Assembly (NCBI GenBank): GCA_964500125.1 | Contig: CAZCMV010000004.1 | Coordinates: 7,010-71,009, forward strand | DNA from: an uncultured Bdellovibrionales bacterium | GTDB taxonomy: Bacteria; Patescibacteriota; Minisyncoccia; Moranbacterales; GWC2-37-73 | Reading direction: 5' to 3' | DNA length: 64,000 nucleotides | In this document: in pieces, positions 11,444 through 22,454 of the stretch | Position numbering within the stretch: position 1 is the first letter of the stretch | Layout: the number at the start of each line of letters is the position of its first letter | The notes under the pieces: generated by a model | The model's input: the letters and a program-made list of their open reading frames with translations, nothing else | Told to the model about the DNA's origin: nothing | Databases searched by the model: none | Program-made: the position numbers and the translations under genes

Positions 11444-11557
11444 AATTCCTAAATCTAAAATCCTACTGTCTAATAAAATTCAAAATCATAATGTCAAAAA
11501 ATTTGGATTTGGAATTTTAGATTTTATTGGAAATTTGACATTTAGATTTATGATTTT
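11444..11557. repeat. Heptamer inverted-arm element (AAATCCT family)
   Basis: Shares tttattggaaatttgacatttagattt with 12059-12172. Confidence 0.9.
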
Positions 11558-12044
11558 ACCTTAGCATTTTCTCTATGATTTCTTTATCCTTCCCCTCATT
11601 CATTTTCTCATCAATAACTTTTCCCGTCACTGCAATCACTAATTCCGCGACTTGTGTTTTTACTTCGCTTAGCATTTGGTTTTTTTCTAACTCAATCTTC
11701 TTGGCAGCCTCATCCAAAATCTTTTGCGCTTGCTGCTTAGCTTGATCAGCTATTTCATCTTTCGCTTTGCTGGCTGCGGCTTCCGCTTTGGCCACAATTT
11801 CTTGTGCTTGTTTTCTCGCTTCCACCAAAACCGCTTTTTCCTTTTCGGCAATTTCCTGGAGTTTTTTGTGCGAATCCTCCGCATCCTTAAGTCCTTTGTC
11901 AATCTTCTTGGTACGTTCATCCATCATCTTCATTATCGACCCATAAGCGAATTTATATAGCACAAAAAGCACGATGGCAAAATTCACCAATTGCGCAATA
12001 ATCAGTTTCCAATCAATGTGAAATGTTTTTATTAATTCATCCAT
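11556..12044 (-). CDS. atpF: ATP synthase Fo b
   Basis: N-terminal TM QLVNFAIVLFVL followed by coiled coil; operon position. Confidence 0.95.
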   Translation of the reverse strand: MDELIKTFHIDWKLIIAQLVNFAIVLFVLYKFAYGSIMKMMDERTKKIDKGLKDAEDSHKKLQEIAEKEKAVLVEARKQAQEIVAKAEAAASKAKDEIADQAKQQAQKILDEAAKKIELEKNQMLSEVKTQVAELVIAVTGKVIDEKMNEGKDKEIIEKMLR

Positions 12045-12058
12045 AATATTGAAGAAAT

Positions 12059-12172
12059 AAATCCTAAATCTAAAATCCTAATGTCAAATAAAATTCTAAA
12101 TCCTAATGTCGAAATTTTGAACTTTGGATTTGTGACTTTATTGGAAATTTGACATTTAGATTTGGGATTTTT
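12059..12172. repeat. Heptamer inverted-arm element (AAATCCT family)
   Basis: aaatcctaaatctaaaatcctaatgtc ... gacatttagatttgggattt. Confidence 0.9.
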
Positions 12173-12246
12173 AATGATTGCCTTTTTAATTATTTTAACA
12201 TTCTCACTTCGACTTCTTGCAATAAACAAGAAGCCGTCAGAAGATA

Positions 12247-12489
<243 letters not shown>

Positions 12490-12545
12490 CTATATTTTCT
12501 CTCCTTTTGGGGAATATAGATGGTGTATGCGATAAATTAATTAAT

Positions 12546-12626
12546 CGTTTATAACGTTCATAACGTTAAAAGTTCGTAAAGTATTTTGACGTTATAACTT
12601 TATAAACTCTATAACTTTATGAACTT
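12546..12626. repeat. Nonamer inverted-arm element (GTTCATAA family)
   Basis: gtttataacgttcataacgtt..gttcgtaaagt ... actttataaact..actttatgaac. Confidence 0.88.
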
Positions 12627-13472
12627 CTAATGTTCTTCTGCAGTCGTTGCTATGCTCAAAAACGCCAATGTCAGAATAGAAAATACCAATGCCTGCACGA
12701 TTCCCACAATCAATTCCAAAAACATAAATGGCAAAGGTAATAAATATGCAAAAATAGCCATCATCGAAGCAAGCAATACTTCTCCAGCAAAAATGTTCCC
12801 AAAGAGACGAAGACTCAATGATGCCACTTTGGCAATTTCACTGATAATTTCAATCACACCCACAAATATTTTAATCGGGTTAACCATAAGTACGGCAGGA
12901 TCTTTCTTTATTTTCTTTGGTATCTCCAGGATAGCTTTAATATTGATGAACTTATTCAAGTGATGCCAAATACCAATCGTAATCACCCCGAAAATATGTG
13001 ATGTTACGACCGTAAAAAGCGCAAAAGCCAAGGTTGTATTAAGGTCTGCAGTGCCACCGCGAAGAAGCGGCACGAAAACATGATGACCATCTTCAACTTC
13101 ATTAAATCCGATCGTACCAACTCCAGGAAGAAGCCCGAGCCAATTATTTACCAAAATAAACAAAAAGAGTGTCAAAACAATCGGCAAAAAACGCAAAGTT
13201 TTTTTCCTTTCACCAGTTACCGTGTCAGCCATATTCAAAGCCTGCTCTAAAATAATTTCAAAAACACTTTGAATTTTACCAGGGATCTTCTTAACATTTC
13301 TATTGATAAATATAAAAAAGGTCACAAGTATTGCTACAGTGACCCAGCTCATAATCAAGGAATTGGTAATATCAAAGTTTCCCACATGCAAAATCGGCTC
13401 TGCAAAAATGGTTGGTTCATGGGAAGTTTGCTGCGTTGTTTCTATATTTTGTTGTGTAACTGTTTCAGACAT
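12627..13472 (-). CDS. atpB: ATP synthase Fo a
   Basis: NWLGLLPG, TADLNTT, SLSLRLFGNIFAGE, QALVF; start moved to MSETV at 13472. Confidence 0.97.
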   Translation of the reverse strand: MSETVTQQNIETTQQTSHEPTIFAEPILHVGNFDITNSLIMSWVTVAILVTFFIFINRNVKKIPGKIQSVFEIILEQALNMADTVTGERKKTLRFLPIVLTLFLFILVNNWLGLLPGVGTIGFNEVEDGHHVFVPLLRGGTADLNTTLAFALFTVVTSHIFGVITIGIWHHLNKFINIKAILEIPKKIKKDPAVLMVNPIKIFVGVIEIISEIAKVASLSLRLFGNIFAGEVLLASMMAIFAYLLPLPFMFLELIVGIVQALVFSILTLAFLSIATTAEEH

Positions 13473-13474
13473 AA

Positions 13475-13550
13475 AAAATAATACAAACTTCAAAAATGTA
13501 AAAATCATTCATCATCGTTTTGATTTTTGATTTTTGATTTTTGATTTTGA
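13475..13550. repeat. Heptamer inverted-arm element partly translated as AtpZ C-terminus
   Basis: Tandem tttttga units at 13518-13550 encode NQKSKIKNQN; degenerate partner arm at 13475-13506. Confidence 0.8.
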
Positions 13551-13777
13551 GAATTCATCTCTCTCAACCCCACTCTAACTATCATAACTATGGAAAAAAT
13601 AAATGAAATCGCGACGCAGAGAAAAAACAGCCACGGTGCAGTGTGGAACATGCTGTCCATTTTTTTCCCAATGATGATGCCGACAAGGATCGGGATTATA
13701 ATCCAGACATTCAGCCTTAGGAATAACCTCAATCCCGGTTGCCACCAAGCTCCATTGAGCCATTCATTCTTTTTCAT
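13505..13777 (-). CDS. AtpZ/AtpI family protein
   Basis: GIIIGKKMDSMFHTAPWLF motif, two TMs, first gene of atp operon. Confidence 0.85.
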   Translation of the reverse strand: MKKNEWLNGAWWQPGLRLFLRLNVWIIIPILVGIIIGKKMDSMFHTAPWLFFLCVAISFIFSIVMIVRVGLREMNSQNQKSKIKNQNDDE

Positions 13778-13808
13778 GTGCGTTTCTACACTTCAAACAT
13801 CACATCCT

Positions 13809-13837
13809 ATTATACGGCACAAAACCACTCACGTCAA
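13809..13837 (-). promoter_or_regulatory. atp operon promoter
   Basis: TTGACG-17 nt-TATAAT on minus strand. Confidence 0.75.
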
Positions 13838-13930
13838 CACCGAGAATTTTTTAATATCATCGAATATTATAACACAAAAAACACAAAAACTAGCTGTTAC
13901 CGCAACTTATGCTTCAATACATAATACATT

Positions 13931-14788
13931 CTACACGATACCTAATACATTCTTGGCATTTTCAGTCGTTTTTTCCGCAATTTCTTCAATTGAAATTTCC
14001 AAGACATCTACAATTTTTTGAGCGACGTGTTTAACGAAAAGCGGCTCGTTGCGCGTGCCTTTATCCAGTGGGCGCGGTGTGAGATATGGGCAATCGGTTT
14101 CAATGACGATATTTTTCAAACCTATTTCTTTAATTAAACGATCATAACTGTTGCCATAGGTGATGATTCCATTGAGACCGATTTTGTAGCCAAGCTCGAT
14201 GAATTTATTGGCGGTTTTATATGAGCCGATAAAACTGTGCACAATTCCTTTTTTGTCCGCAGGATTTTCTGAAAGTATTTCTAAAAGATCATCATAGCCA
14301 TCCCAGCAGTGCAATAAAACTGGTTTTCCAACTTCGTTAGCTAGTTTTATAAATTCAATCAGTGTTTCTTTTTGTTTTTTAATGAGTTCGCCAACATTAT
14401 CACCTTCCTCAAAATGGTGATAGTCTAAACCAACTTCTCCGATCGCCAAAACCTTATTATCTTTAGCTAATTCCAAATATTTTTTATAATCAAAATCTTC
14501 GCCAATTGTTTTGATTTCCATTTCTTCCAATTCACTTGGGTCGTGATGCGTGAAGCTTCCCCTTTTCAGATGCACCGGGTGAATGCCAACTGCAGCATAA
14601 ATTCCACTTTCGAATTTATAAGCATATTCCATAGCACGCTTCGAAGTTGAATATTGCGATCCCACGTTCAAAACAGACACGCCATCTTCAAGACAACGAC
14701 GGAGGACATCTTCTCCGTCGTCTTTGAAAGCGTTGAAATTAACATGAGCATGAGTATCGAAAAACACAGGCTTTAGTCTTTTAGGCAT
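13931..14788 (-). CDS. tatD: TatD family hydrolase
   Basis: DTHAH, GIHP, IGEVGLDY, ETDCPY, RNEP. Confidence 0.95.
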   Translation of the reverse strand: MPKRLKPVFFDTHAHVNFNAFKDDGEDVLRRCLEDGVSVLNVGSQYSTSKRAMEYAYKFESGIYAAVGIHPVHLKRGSFTHHDPSELEEMEIKTIGEDFDYKKYLELAKDNKVLAIGEVGLDYHHFEEGDNVGELIKKQKETLIEFIKLANEVGKPVLLHCWDGYDDLLEILSENPADKKGIVHSFIGSYKTANKFIELGYKIGLNGIITYGNSYDRLIKEIGLKNIVIETDCPYLTPRPLDKGTRNEPLFVKHVAQKIVDVLEISIEEIAEKTTENAKNVLGIV

Positions 14789-14805
14789 TAGCTACTTAGA
14801 AAAAT

Positions 14806-16212
14806 TCATTTGATTCGTTGAAAGAGAGGTTCAGCAACCTTGCTTTCCAGAGCTGATTTTATTTTATCAGCAGTTTCAGGAAGAAATGGCGTAAGCAATT
14901 CAGAAACCACATACAAATCTTCGATAAGCTTCTCCATTACTTCCTGGAATTTCTTTTCATCCGTTTTTGCCAACTCCCAGGGCTTATTGTCTTCAATGAA
15001 TTTATTGGCATTGCGGACAATCTGCCAAATTTCTTCCAGCGCCTTCCCTATTTCCATCCTGTCAATATATTGCCCCAGATCAATCGTGCTTTTCTGTGAT
15101 TTATCGATAGAAATATTTTCGCCCAATTTTATAACTCTGGAAACAAGATTTCCAAGACCGTTGGCGAGATCGGCATTATATTTTTCCATCATTCTTTCCC
15201 AGGTGATGTCCATGTCTTCACCATAATTTCCAAAACTCAAAAGCAAATACCTTGTTCCATCAACACCGAATTTATCCACCATTTCATAAGGACTGATAAC
15301 ATTACCAAGACTCTTGCTCATTTTTTGGCCACCAACGTTGATAAACCCATTGATGAAAATACGCTTGGAATGAGGAATTCCCGCCGACAAAAGCATAGCT
15401 TGTAACATAGCTGATTGCTGACGAAGATTATCCTTGCCAGCCAATTGGGTTACCGGCCACCAAGATTCGAATTTTTCCATGTCATACGGCCAACCGATCG
15501 CGGAGACATAATTCACCAAAGCATCAAACCAAACATACATTACATGCTCCGGATTTCCGGGAACTTCTATGCCCCAGGGCATTTTTTCTTTGAGTCGAGA
15601 AATGGAAAAATCTTCAAGACCGTTTTCAACAAAACTCTTGATTTCGTTGAGTCTTTTTTTGGGAATCACAAATTCCGGATCTTTTTCATAAATATCCAGG
15701 AGCGGCTTTTGAAATTTGGAGAATTTAAAAAAGTAATTCTCTTCTTCGATCACTTCAATTTCCGTATTCGGATGCAAAGGACACTTTCCATCAACGAGTT
15801 CCGAATCTGTTTTTTCCAATTCACAGCCCACACAATATTTAACTTTGTATATTTTTTTGTAGATATCTCCGTTTGCTTCGCAACGCTTCCAAAATTCCTG
15901 TGCTGATTTTATATGACTTTCATCGGTCGTTCGAATGTAATTATTGAAACTGAGATTCAAAACCTTTTTTAATTCCTTGAATTTTTCCGTCTGTTGGTCA
16001 ACATATTCCTGCGCGGTAATTCCAAGTTCCTGTGCTTTTCGATAAAGCTTCAATCCATGTTCATCCGTTCCGGTATTAAAAAAAACTTCTTGGCCTTTTT
16101 GCGCATGAAAACGAGCCATAGCATCGGCTTCGATTATTTCCAGCGCAAAGCCTGCATGTGGCTCACCATTAACATATGGCAAAGTTGTTGTTATATAGAA
16201 TTTACCTGACAT
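14806..16212 (-). CDS. metG: Methionine--tRNA ligase (short form)
   Basis: YITTTLPYVNG, GTDEHG, YVWFDAL, KMSKS. Confidence 0.97.
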   Translation of the reverse strand: MSGKFYITTTLPYVNGEPHAGFALEIIEADAMARFHAQKGQEVFFNTGTDEHGLKLYRKAQELGITAQEYVDQQTEKFKELKKVLNLSFNNYIRTTDESHIKSAQEFWKRCEANGDIYKKIYKVKYCVGCELEKTDSELVDGKCPLHPNTEIEVIEEENYFFKFSKFQKPLLDIYEKDPEFVIPKKRLNEIKSFVENGLEDFSISRLKEKMPWGIEVPGNPEHVMYVWFDALVNYVSAIGWPYDMEKFESWWPVTQLAGKDNLRQQSAMLQAMLLSAGIPHSKRIFINGFINVGGQKMSKSLGNVISPYEMVDKFGVDGTRYLLLSFGNYGEDMDITWERMMEKYNADLANGLGNLVSRVIKLGENISIDKSQKSTIDLGQYIDRMEIGKALEEIWQIVRNANKFIEDNKPWELAKTDEKKFQEVMEKLIEDLYVVSELLTPFLPETADKIKSALESKVAEPLFQRIK

Positions 16213-16218
16213 AGATTA

Positions 16219-17511
16219 TTAGCTAAACAGTTTTTTATAATTCTTCGACCAATAAACAATACCGTTATAATATGGCGCATGAAAAGTTCCCAAATAATTT
16301 ATAGAAGCCTTCTTTATGGTTGATGAACTATCGGAAGTTGCACCCGCTTTTTTTAATTTTAGCGCCATTGCCATAACTCCATCAGTCAAATTCCATGGAT
16401 CAGGAGTTGAATGCCCTGTTTTGCTGGCAATTTGAGAAGAATAACCATTCCAAACATCTGACATAAATTGAGGAATACCCATAGCTCCTCCTTGGCCAAT
16501 ATACCCACTTGGGGAACAGGATACTTTTTTATTTTTACTATAATCCAACTTATCCATCAAATCATAGAAAAGATCTTGTCTTTTTTGAAGAAGCGCTATT
16601 GAACTCTTGTATTTTGATCCATATTTTTTATATCTTGCCACAGCCACTTTTTCAACTTCCTTATAGGTACACTGTCCAGTATTAGCACCAAGATTGGTTT
16701 CCATTTTGAGAAAACCATATAATACGCCCTTTGGCACTCCGGTCTTGCCACTGGCATATTCCACTGCTTCGCGAATGTCTCCAGCATTAAAAGATTTTCC
16801 GGTTATTTTGTTCAAGTCACTTTGCAATTCAGCAAGCTTATCTTGCAATTCGCTTATAGTCGCTTCCTTTTCAGCAACATCCGCGGCAGCTTCAGCTTTG
16901 CCAACAAGTAAATCTTGCTGTAAATCTTTTTTATCTTCAAGAATATCTTCGTGTTCTTCTTTCATTTGTGCCAATTCTGTCTTTTCTTCTTCCACTTTTG
17001 ATTTAGCATCTGAAATCTCACTAGCAATAGAACGTAGCTTCTCTTCCAAAGTAATCAGATGATCAGTTGAACCAAAGATATCGTCAAATTCCCCGTCGCT
17101 CATGACAACTGCTGCCAATGATTCTTTCTTGGCGTAGAAATATTCTTGCATGACACCTTTGAGGATTTCCATTTGCAAATCTATCCGTTGGTTGATTTGA
17201 GAAATTTCCTCCTCTTTGCGAGAAATATTTTCTTTCGTGCTTTTTATGGTTGATTGAGTTTTGTTGATATCCTGCTGTGTAGCATGTACAGAATTTTGTA
17301 TTTGATTTAGATTTTGCTCCAACTTCTTTTTTTTGGCCTGTTCTTGTTTCAATTTCTTTTCCAAACTCGAAATACTATCTTCAATATCATCAGCATCATC
17401 GGCCGCATAAACTACTTTGTTGCCATAAAAAGAGGCCTGAGACATGACAAAAGCTGGTAGTGCCAGGGCCCACGCCAACAAGAGAACATGCTTTTTTGTA
17501 TGCTTTTTCAT
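16219..17511 (-). CDS. Secreted coiled-coil protein with C-terminal lytic transglycosylase domain
   Basis: Signal peptide, long coiled coil, ETNLG, GGAMGIPQFM, PDPWN. Confidence 0.8.
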   Translation of the reverse strand: MKKHTKKHVLLLAWALALPAFVMSQASFYGNKVVYAADDADDIEDSISSLEKKLKQEQAKKKKLEQNLNQIQNSVHATQQDINKTQSTIKSTKENISRKEEEISQINQRIDLQMEILKGVMQEYFYAKKESLAAVVMSDGEFDDIFGSTDHLITLEEKLRSIASEISDAKSKVEEEKTELAQMKEEHEDILEDKKDLQQDLLVGKAEAAADVAEKEATISELQDKLAELQSDLNKITGKSFNAGDIREAVEYASGKTGVPKGVLYGFLKMETNLGANTGQCTYKEVEKVAVARYKKYGSKYKSSIALLQKRQDLFYDLMDKLDYSKNKKVSCSPSGYIGQGGAMGIPQFMSDVWNGYSSQIASKTGHSTPDPWNLTDGVMAMALKLKKAGATSDSSSTIKKASINYLGTFHAPYYNGIVYWSKNYKKLFS

Positions 17512-17550
17512 ACATTCCATTATACCATCAACTGTGTAATAAGCAACATT

Positions 17551-17681
17551 ATAGGTTTTGGGTTTCAGGTATTAGGTGCTAGGTTTCAAGAAAGCAAAAA
17601 CCACGCCGTAAGCGTAGTTTTTTTTGCAATAAGTATTCTTAAATTCTATTTTATAAACTTTATGAACTTTTAACTTTATAG
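17551..17681. repeat. Repeat arms (GGTTT heptamers; nonamer family) around a terminator hairpin at 17594-17627
   Basis: ggttttgggtttcaggtattaggtgctaggtttc and tttataaactttatgaactt. Confidence 0.65.
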
Positions 17682-17689
17682 ACCCAGCG

Positions 17690-18340
17690 CTATTTCTTCT
17701 CTCCTTTGTTTTCACCTTCTTTCACTACTCCTGCAATCTTGGTTACATCTTCTTCAACCTTATTTTCCAAAGATTCCAATTCTTCTTGGGTTCTTGGCGG
17801 AGTAACCAGAGCGATAACAGTTTCCGGTTCAAGATCTATCTTTATCTTATCAGAAACTTTAATATCAGCAATGGTGATGTGGTCGTCGAAAGTTTTGATT
17901 TTAGCAAGATTGATTTCAAAATGAGGTGGAAGATCGGATGGCAGACATCTAACCGGCACTTCATCCATATTCTTTACCAAAACTCCCCCAAGAGCTTTCA
18001 CTGCTTCTGATTCACCAATGAATTCGAGAGGAATTTCTGTTTCCACTTCCTCTTTCATATTCACCTGGAAAAAATCAACATGTGAAATTTTGCCACTCAT
18101 GTGGTCTGTTTGCGCATCGTGAATAAGCACGTTTAATTTCTTTCCCTCCAACTCCAATTCCACTATTGCACTTTCACCAGCATTGGCATAAGCACGCTCC
18201 ATTTCCAAAAGAGGCACGGCAATGTTGCGAGCTGCAATCTTGTTGCCATAGATAACAGCTGGTACAATTTCCTGCTTGCGTAAGTTTTTCACCTTTTTGC
18301 CTGTAATTTCGCGAATAATTGCTTTCAGTTTGATTGTCAT
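17690..18340 (-). CDS. rplY: 50S ribosomal protein L25/Ctc
   Basis: VPAVIYG, HVDFF, EIPLEFIGES, GGVL. Confidence 0.96.
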   Translation of the reverse strand: MTIKLKAIIREITGKKVKNLRKQEIVPAVIYGNKIAARNIAVPLLEMERAYANAGESAIVELELEGKKLNVLIHDAQTDHMSGKISHVDFFQVNMKEEVETEIPLEFIGESEAVKALGGVLVKNMDEVPVRCLPSDLPPHFEINLAKIKTFDDHITIADIKVSDKIKIDLEPETVIALVTPPRTQEELESLENKVEEDVTKIAGVVKEGENKGEKK

Positions 18341-18445
18341 ATTTTTAGATATTATTCAAATACTTAAATATACCAACTATTAAGATTGTATTTTAGCCTA
18401 AAAAAAGCCTAAACTATTTCATTAAGCCTAGGCAGTATAACAAAA

Positions 18446-19627
18446 TCAAGCCAAAGAGTCAATGGTATCCATATTTAAATCTTGATATTCAGAAACAATC
18501 ATTTTATCACTACGAATATGAATATTATTAATAATGCCCATAGCAGAGAGAACCACCACGAGAGAACTTCCACCGTAGCTGAGAAAAGGAAGCGGAATAC
18601 CCGTAACGGGCATTAAACCTATATTCATTCCAATATTTTCCAACATTTGAAGAAATATCATAAACAAAACACCTATTGCTAAAAGATATCCGAAATTATC
18701 CGTAGCTTTTTTAGCGATAATCCCAATTCTGTAAAATATAACAAAAAACAAAACCAGCACAGCAATTGAACCGGCAAATCCGAGTTCCTCTGCAATGGCG
18801 GCAAAAATAAAATCTGTATGTTTTTCCGGCAAAAAATTCAATTGCGATTGAGAACCGTGTCCTATTCCTTTCCCCCAAAACCCACCGCTACCAACAGCCA
18901 CTGTTGACTGTATTACATTATATCCACTACCACGCGGATCAGAAGATGGATCTAAAAAAGTATTTATGCGTGCTTTTTGATAGTCAGCCAAATGAAACCA
19001 TCCAATAAAAGCAAGGGATAATATTGCCACAAAGATACCGATAACTACTTTGCGAGAAAGACCAGAAACAAAAAGCATACCTATCCAAATTCCGAAAAGA
19101 ACCATGGCGCTACCAAAATCAGGCTGTTTGAAAACAAGAAACATGATTACACCCATTAGGACAGCGGATATAATCACTCTGCCCAACTCGCCAAACTCGG
19201 ATCTTTTTTGAGAAATAAAGCTAGCCATAAAAATTATCATGACTAATTTGGCCAATTCCACAGGCTGAAAACGAAGGGAGCCAATACCTATCCAACCAGA
19301 TGTGCCTCTTATATTCATCCCAAAAATAAGAACTATTGATAAAACAAAAAGTATAATGAAATACAATGCAGTGCTTTGCTTTTTTAATATCTGATAATTA
19401 CCAAAAGAAAAAAAGAACATTGCAAAAATGCCAAGCAGTGCAAATATAGCCTGTCTCCAAAATATTGATAAGTCACCCGTTTGTCCTGTTGAAAGAGAAG
19501 CGCTATATAAAACAGTAAGACTAATCGCGAGCAACAAAAAAACACTGCAAACAAGAATCCAATCTGTCCTAACTAGCTTATTTATCATATAAAAAACATT
19601 TGGAAAAAGGCTTAATAATAATTTCAA
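18446..19627 (-). CDS. rodA: Rod shape-determining protein RodA (SEDS)
   Basis: FQPVELAK, QPDFGS, GSGG, LPEKHTDFIF, LPFLSYGGSS; true start may be slightly downstream. Confidence 0.93.
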   Translation of the reverse strand: MKLLLSLFPNVFYMINKLVRTDWILVCSVFLLLAISLTVLYSASLSTGQTGDLSIFWRQAIFALLGIFAMFFFSFGNYQILKKQSTALYFIILFVLSIVLIFGMNIRGTSGWIGIGSLRFQPVELAKLVMIIFMASFISQKRSEFGELGRVIISAVLMGVIMFLVFKQPDFGSAMVLFGIWIGMLFVSGLSRKVVIGIFVAILSLAFIGWFHLADYQKARINTFLDPSSDPRGSGYNVIQSTVAVGSGGFWGKGIGHGSQSQLNFLPEKHTDFIFAAIAEELGFAGSIAVLVLFFVIFYRIGIIAKKATDNFGYLLAIGVLFMIFLQMLENIGMNIGLMPVTGIPLPFLSYGGSSLVVVLSAMGIINNIHIRSDKMIVSEYQDLNMDTIDSLA

Positions 19628-20457
19628 TATTCACTTTTTCTATAAGGAGCATCTATGATATTCATAGAATTATACATATCTGAAGTAGCATCAACCTCCA
19701 TCTTCACAACTTCGCCGCTAAGTTCATATGGCCAAGACAACCTGAAGTCACGCTCCTCTCCGGATCGCACAATATCCTTCTCGGTTTTGTTGAGAGCAAT
19801 GATCTTATTTTGAGAATCACGCAGAATTATGGAAACATCAACCTTTCCAAGATCATACATACTATCATTGCGAAGAATTGCATAGGCTATAACGCCAGAA
19901 TTTCCCGATTGCACCGACAGATTTTTACTAAAAACTGCAATCTGTGGCTTATTCGTGTTTTTCAAAGTTTTCCAATTAACATCAAATATGCTCATTTTCG
20001 CCTCTGTTGGTATTATTTGGGAAGGAACTTGAAAGCCCAATTCAACTATTGATCTTTTTTCAGACGGCAAGATATATGAACTGCCTTCTTTTTGAGCAAC
20101 CACGGTGCCGGAAGAGTCCAACAAATCAATACGGTAGGAGAACTTTGGGGAACCCATTTCAGTATTTGGATTTTTCAAAACGAACAAAACATCCCAGTCA
20201 TTATTACCACCGCCAAAAACAACTGCCTTTTCCACAATTTCAAGATCATCTCCTATGGTTTTCTCACAAGGAGTACATAGTCCGCCACAATCAACGCCCT
20301 TTTCATTTTGGTTTTGAATGCCATCAGTACAGGTTTCGGAAGGTCTCAAATAAAACCATATAGCCAGAATTATGGATAGGAAAATAAAAACATAAACTGA
20401 AACAATAATTGATCTTTTTTTTGTTCTAGCTGTCTCCATATTTTTCGATTCTAGCAT
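19624..20457 (-). CDS. Membrane-anchored protein with Cys-rich motif and Ig-like domains
   Basis: TM then CTDGIQNQNEKGVDCGGLC. Confidence 0.75.
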   Translation of the reverse strand: MLESKNMETARTKKRSIIVSVYVFIFLSIILAIWFYLRPSETCTDGIQNQNEKGVDCGGLCTPCEKTIGDDLEIVEKAVVFGGGNNDWDVLFVLKNPNTEMGSPKFSYRIDLLDSSGTVVAQKEGSSYILPSEKRSIVELGFQVPSQIIPTEAKMSIFDVNWKTLKNTNKPQIAVFSKNLSVQSGNSGVIAYAILRNDSMYDLGKVDVSIILRDSQNKIIALNKTEKDIVRSGEERDFRLSWPYELSGEVVKMEVDATSDMYNSMNIIDAPYRKSEY

Positions 20458-20830
20458 TAAAATAACAAAAAAACAAATGCGTAGATCAAGATGAAATTCT
20501 CATCATCTGAGTATTTGCAAACATTATAGCCACAAAATTTTTTACATGCAATGTCTCCAAAATATCAATCGCGCAAACTTAAATAAAAAAGAAGGCAAAC
20601 AATGTTGCCTTCTGCAGAATTTTGTCCTTCCAAGAGGACCAAGACATGGACTCATGCCTTTGATTTAATAAAGAATTTTTAATCCTTTTTTGTGATTATT
20701 TTTTATTTAAAGAACAATGACTATTCAAAATCAATAAATTCAAACATAATTAATCCCGACAAAATACGAATAATCTATAAACATAGCCTCACATTCGTAT
20801 TCTTGTAAAAATATCCTTGACTTGCTGGTA

Positions 20831-21595
20831 TTACACCATGATTCCCTCTTCCTGTCTTTTTTTGAAAGCAATCAAAACATCGGCAACTATCGCAATAAAA
20901 AATGCTAACATCGTCAAAAACGTAGCGACGTATCCCGCAAACGTACGGTCAGATGAAACATTTATCGTTGTTTTTTCAGGCTGCAGAGAAAGTACCTGCC
21001 TTGTATTTTCTGACTGATTAACAACCTCCACTGATTTTACTTCACTTATTTCAAGTTGTTGTCTTTTATTAGTTGCAGCTACCGCAGCAGAACCATCGGC
21101 CAATTTTCCGAACATTTGCACTACAATCAAAGAATCATGACCATCTATTTTAGCTACTGCCATAGCGACACCAATATCTTCATATTTTGGGTTTAAGATA
21201 TTTTTGCGATGAGTTGGACTGTTCATCCAAGCTTTTTCTTGATCCTCGGCATTTTTATAGTTAATTGCAAGATTCTCACCAGCATACAAATAATTGTAGC
21301 CTGCACTGTCGAACCAGTGCCATGGTTCAATGCCTTTTGGCGAAGTATGAGCAAAATAACCATTATCTACCATATCAGCAACTTTTTTTTGAGCAGCTTC
21401 AGTCAAAACATCATTTTCTTGCAACAAGGGAATGTCTTGTTCGGCCCTATCCTTATTTGCCAAGTCAATAACCAAACTTGATGTTATTTGGCTTGCCATA
21501 GCCTTGCTGGCTGCAATTTGCATCAAAAACACCGCCAACAAGGCAAAAAAAGTGATTCTTACAAATTTATTAGCTTTTTGTTTTTTTAGAGGCAT
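20831..21595 (-). CDS. CAP (SCP) domain protein
   Basis: YFAHTSP, AGENLA, WMNSPTHRKNILNP. Confidence 0.92.
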   Translation of the reverse strand: MPLKKQKANKFVRITFFALLAVFLMQIAASKAMASQITSSLVIDLANKDRAEQDIPLLQENDVLTEAAQKKVADMVDNGYFAHTSPKGIEPWHWFDSAGYNYLYAGENLAINYKNAEDQEKAWMNSPTHRKNILNPKYEDIGVAMAVAKIDGHDSLIVVQMFGKLADGSAAVAATNKRQQLEISEVKSVEVVNQSENTRQVLSLQPEKTTINVSSDRTFAGYVATFLTMLAFFIAIVADVLIAFKKRQEEGIMV

Positions 21596-21902
21596 CTTTT
21601 TGTATTTATTCCAGACATTTGAGTCTTTCCAAAAAAGAAAGAGGGCGTTTCACCCTCGGCAAAACCCCTCTTTTTTTGCTTTTCTAATACCATTATACTA
21701 CAAAAAACATCATTAGTCAACCATTATAACTCAGCCAAAATTAAACAATTACAGATATCCCGGATGATTTGAATATATTTTTCCCCATTTGACTCAAACA
21801 CCCCTTGGGTATTAAATAAAAATATACCAAACAGAAGGAGGTGAAATTCGTTCTTTCTCAACCCATTTACGATCTTCTTAAACTGTGGCCAGGAGGAAGA
21901 AA

Positions 21903-22385
21903 ATGAAAAAAGAGACGATCCTCAAAAAAAAACAAGCTCGAGTCTTGCGACGTGAGCAATTGCCAAGCAAAGAGACGGAGGAAAAAATTCTTTTACTCCA
22001 AGAAAAAATGGAAAAGAAGCGCAAAGACCAGGAAAGGAGAAGGATAAGAAGAAAGAAGCAATTTCTACAAAAACAGGAAGATATAAATAGCGCTAGGGAA
22101 AAAATTTCCGAGTCGGAAGACCGCAAAGAAAACTCGCCTGTCGAAAATGATTTGCCCATTGATGAACCACCAGAGAAACCTTCAGAGGAAACATCAGAGC
22201 ATTTTGTAATGAGGCCACACTCTCGCAAATTCTTGCGAGAAAAAGACGAGCAGCTGAATCCTTGCAAAGGAATGATGGCAACCGTACAAGAAAAATACAA
22301 GACTCTAACTGCTAAACTTCCCACCAGTTTTGAAGAAAAACGACTTCTCTTAAGACAGTGGCGAGGATTGAGTGAATCCCAATAA
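21903..22385 (+). CDS. Charged low-complexity hypothetical protein
   Basis: AGGAGG before ATG 21903; downstream hairpin plus T-run. Confidence 0.5.
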   Translation: MKKETILKKKQARVLRREQLPSKETEEKILLLQEKMEKKRKDQERRRIRRKKQFLQKQEDINSAREKISESEDRKENSPVENDLPIDEPPEKPSEETSEHFVMRPHSRKFLREKDEQLNPCKGMMATVQEKYKTLTAKLPTSFEEKRLLLRQWRGLSESQ

Positions 22386-22454
22386 CACGCCAATCTACAA
22401 AACCCGCCAAGCAAACATCGCTTGACGGGTCTTCTTTTTTTGTTCTGCAAAAAT

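Noticed and set aside
12032-12229. 65-aa ORF (KSKCQISNK...), and likewise 5548-5856
   Set aside because: Chance translation of intergenic repeat elements or antisense to atp genes
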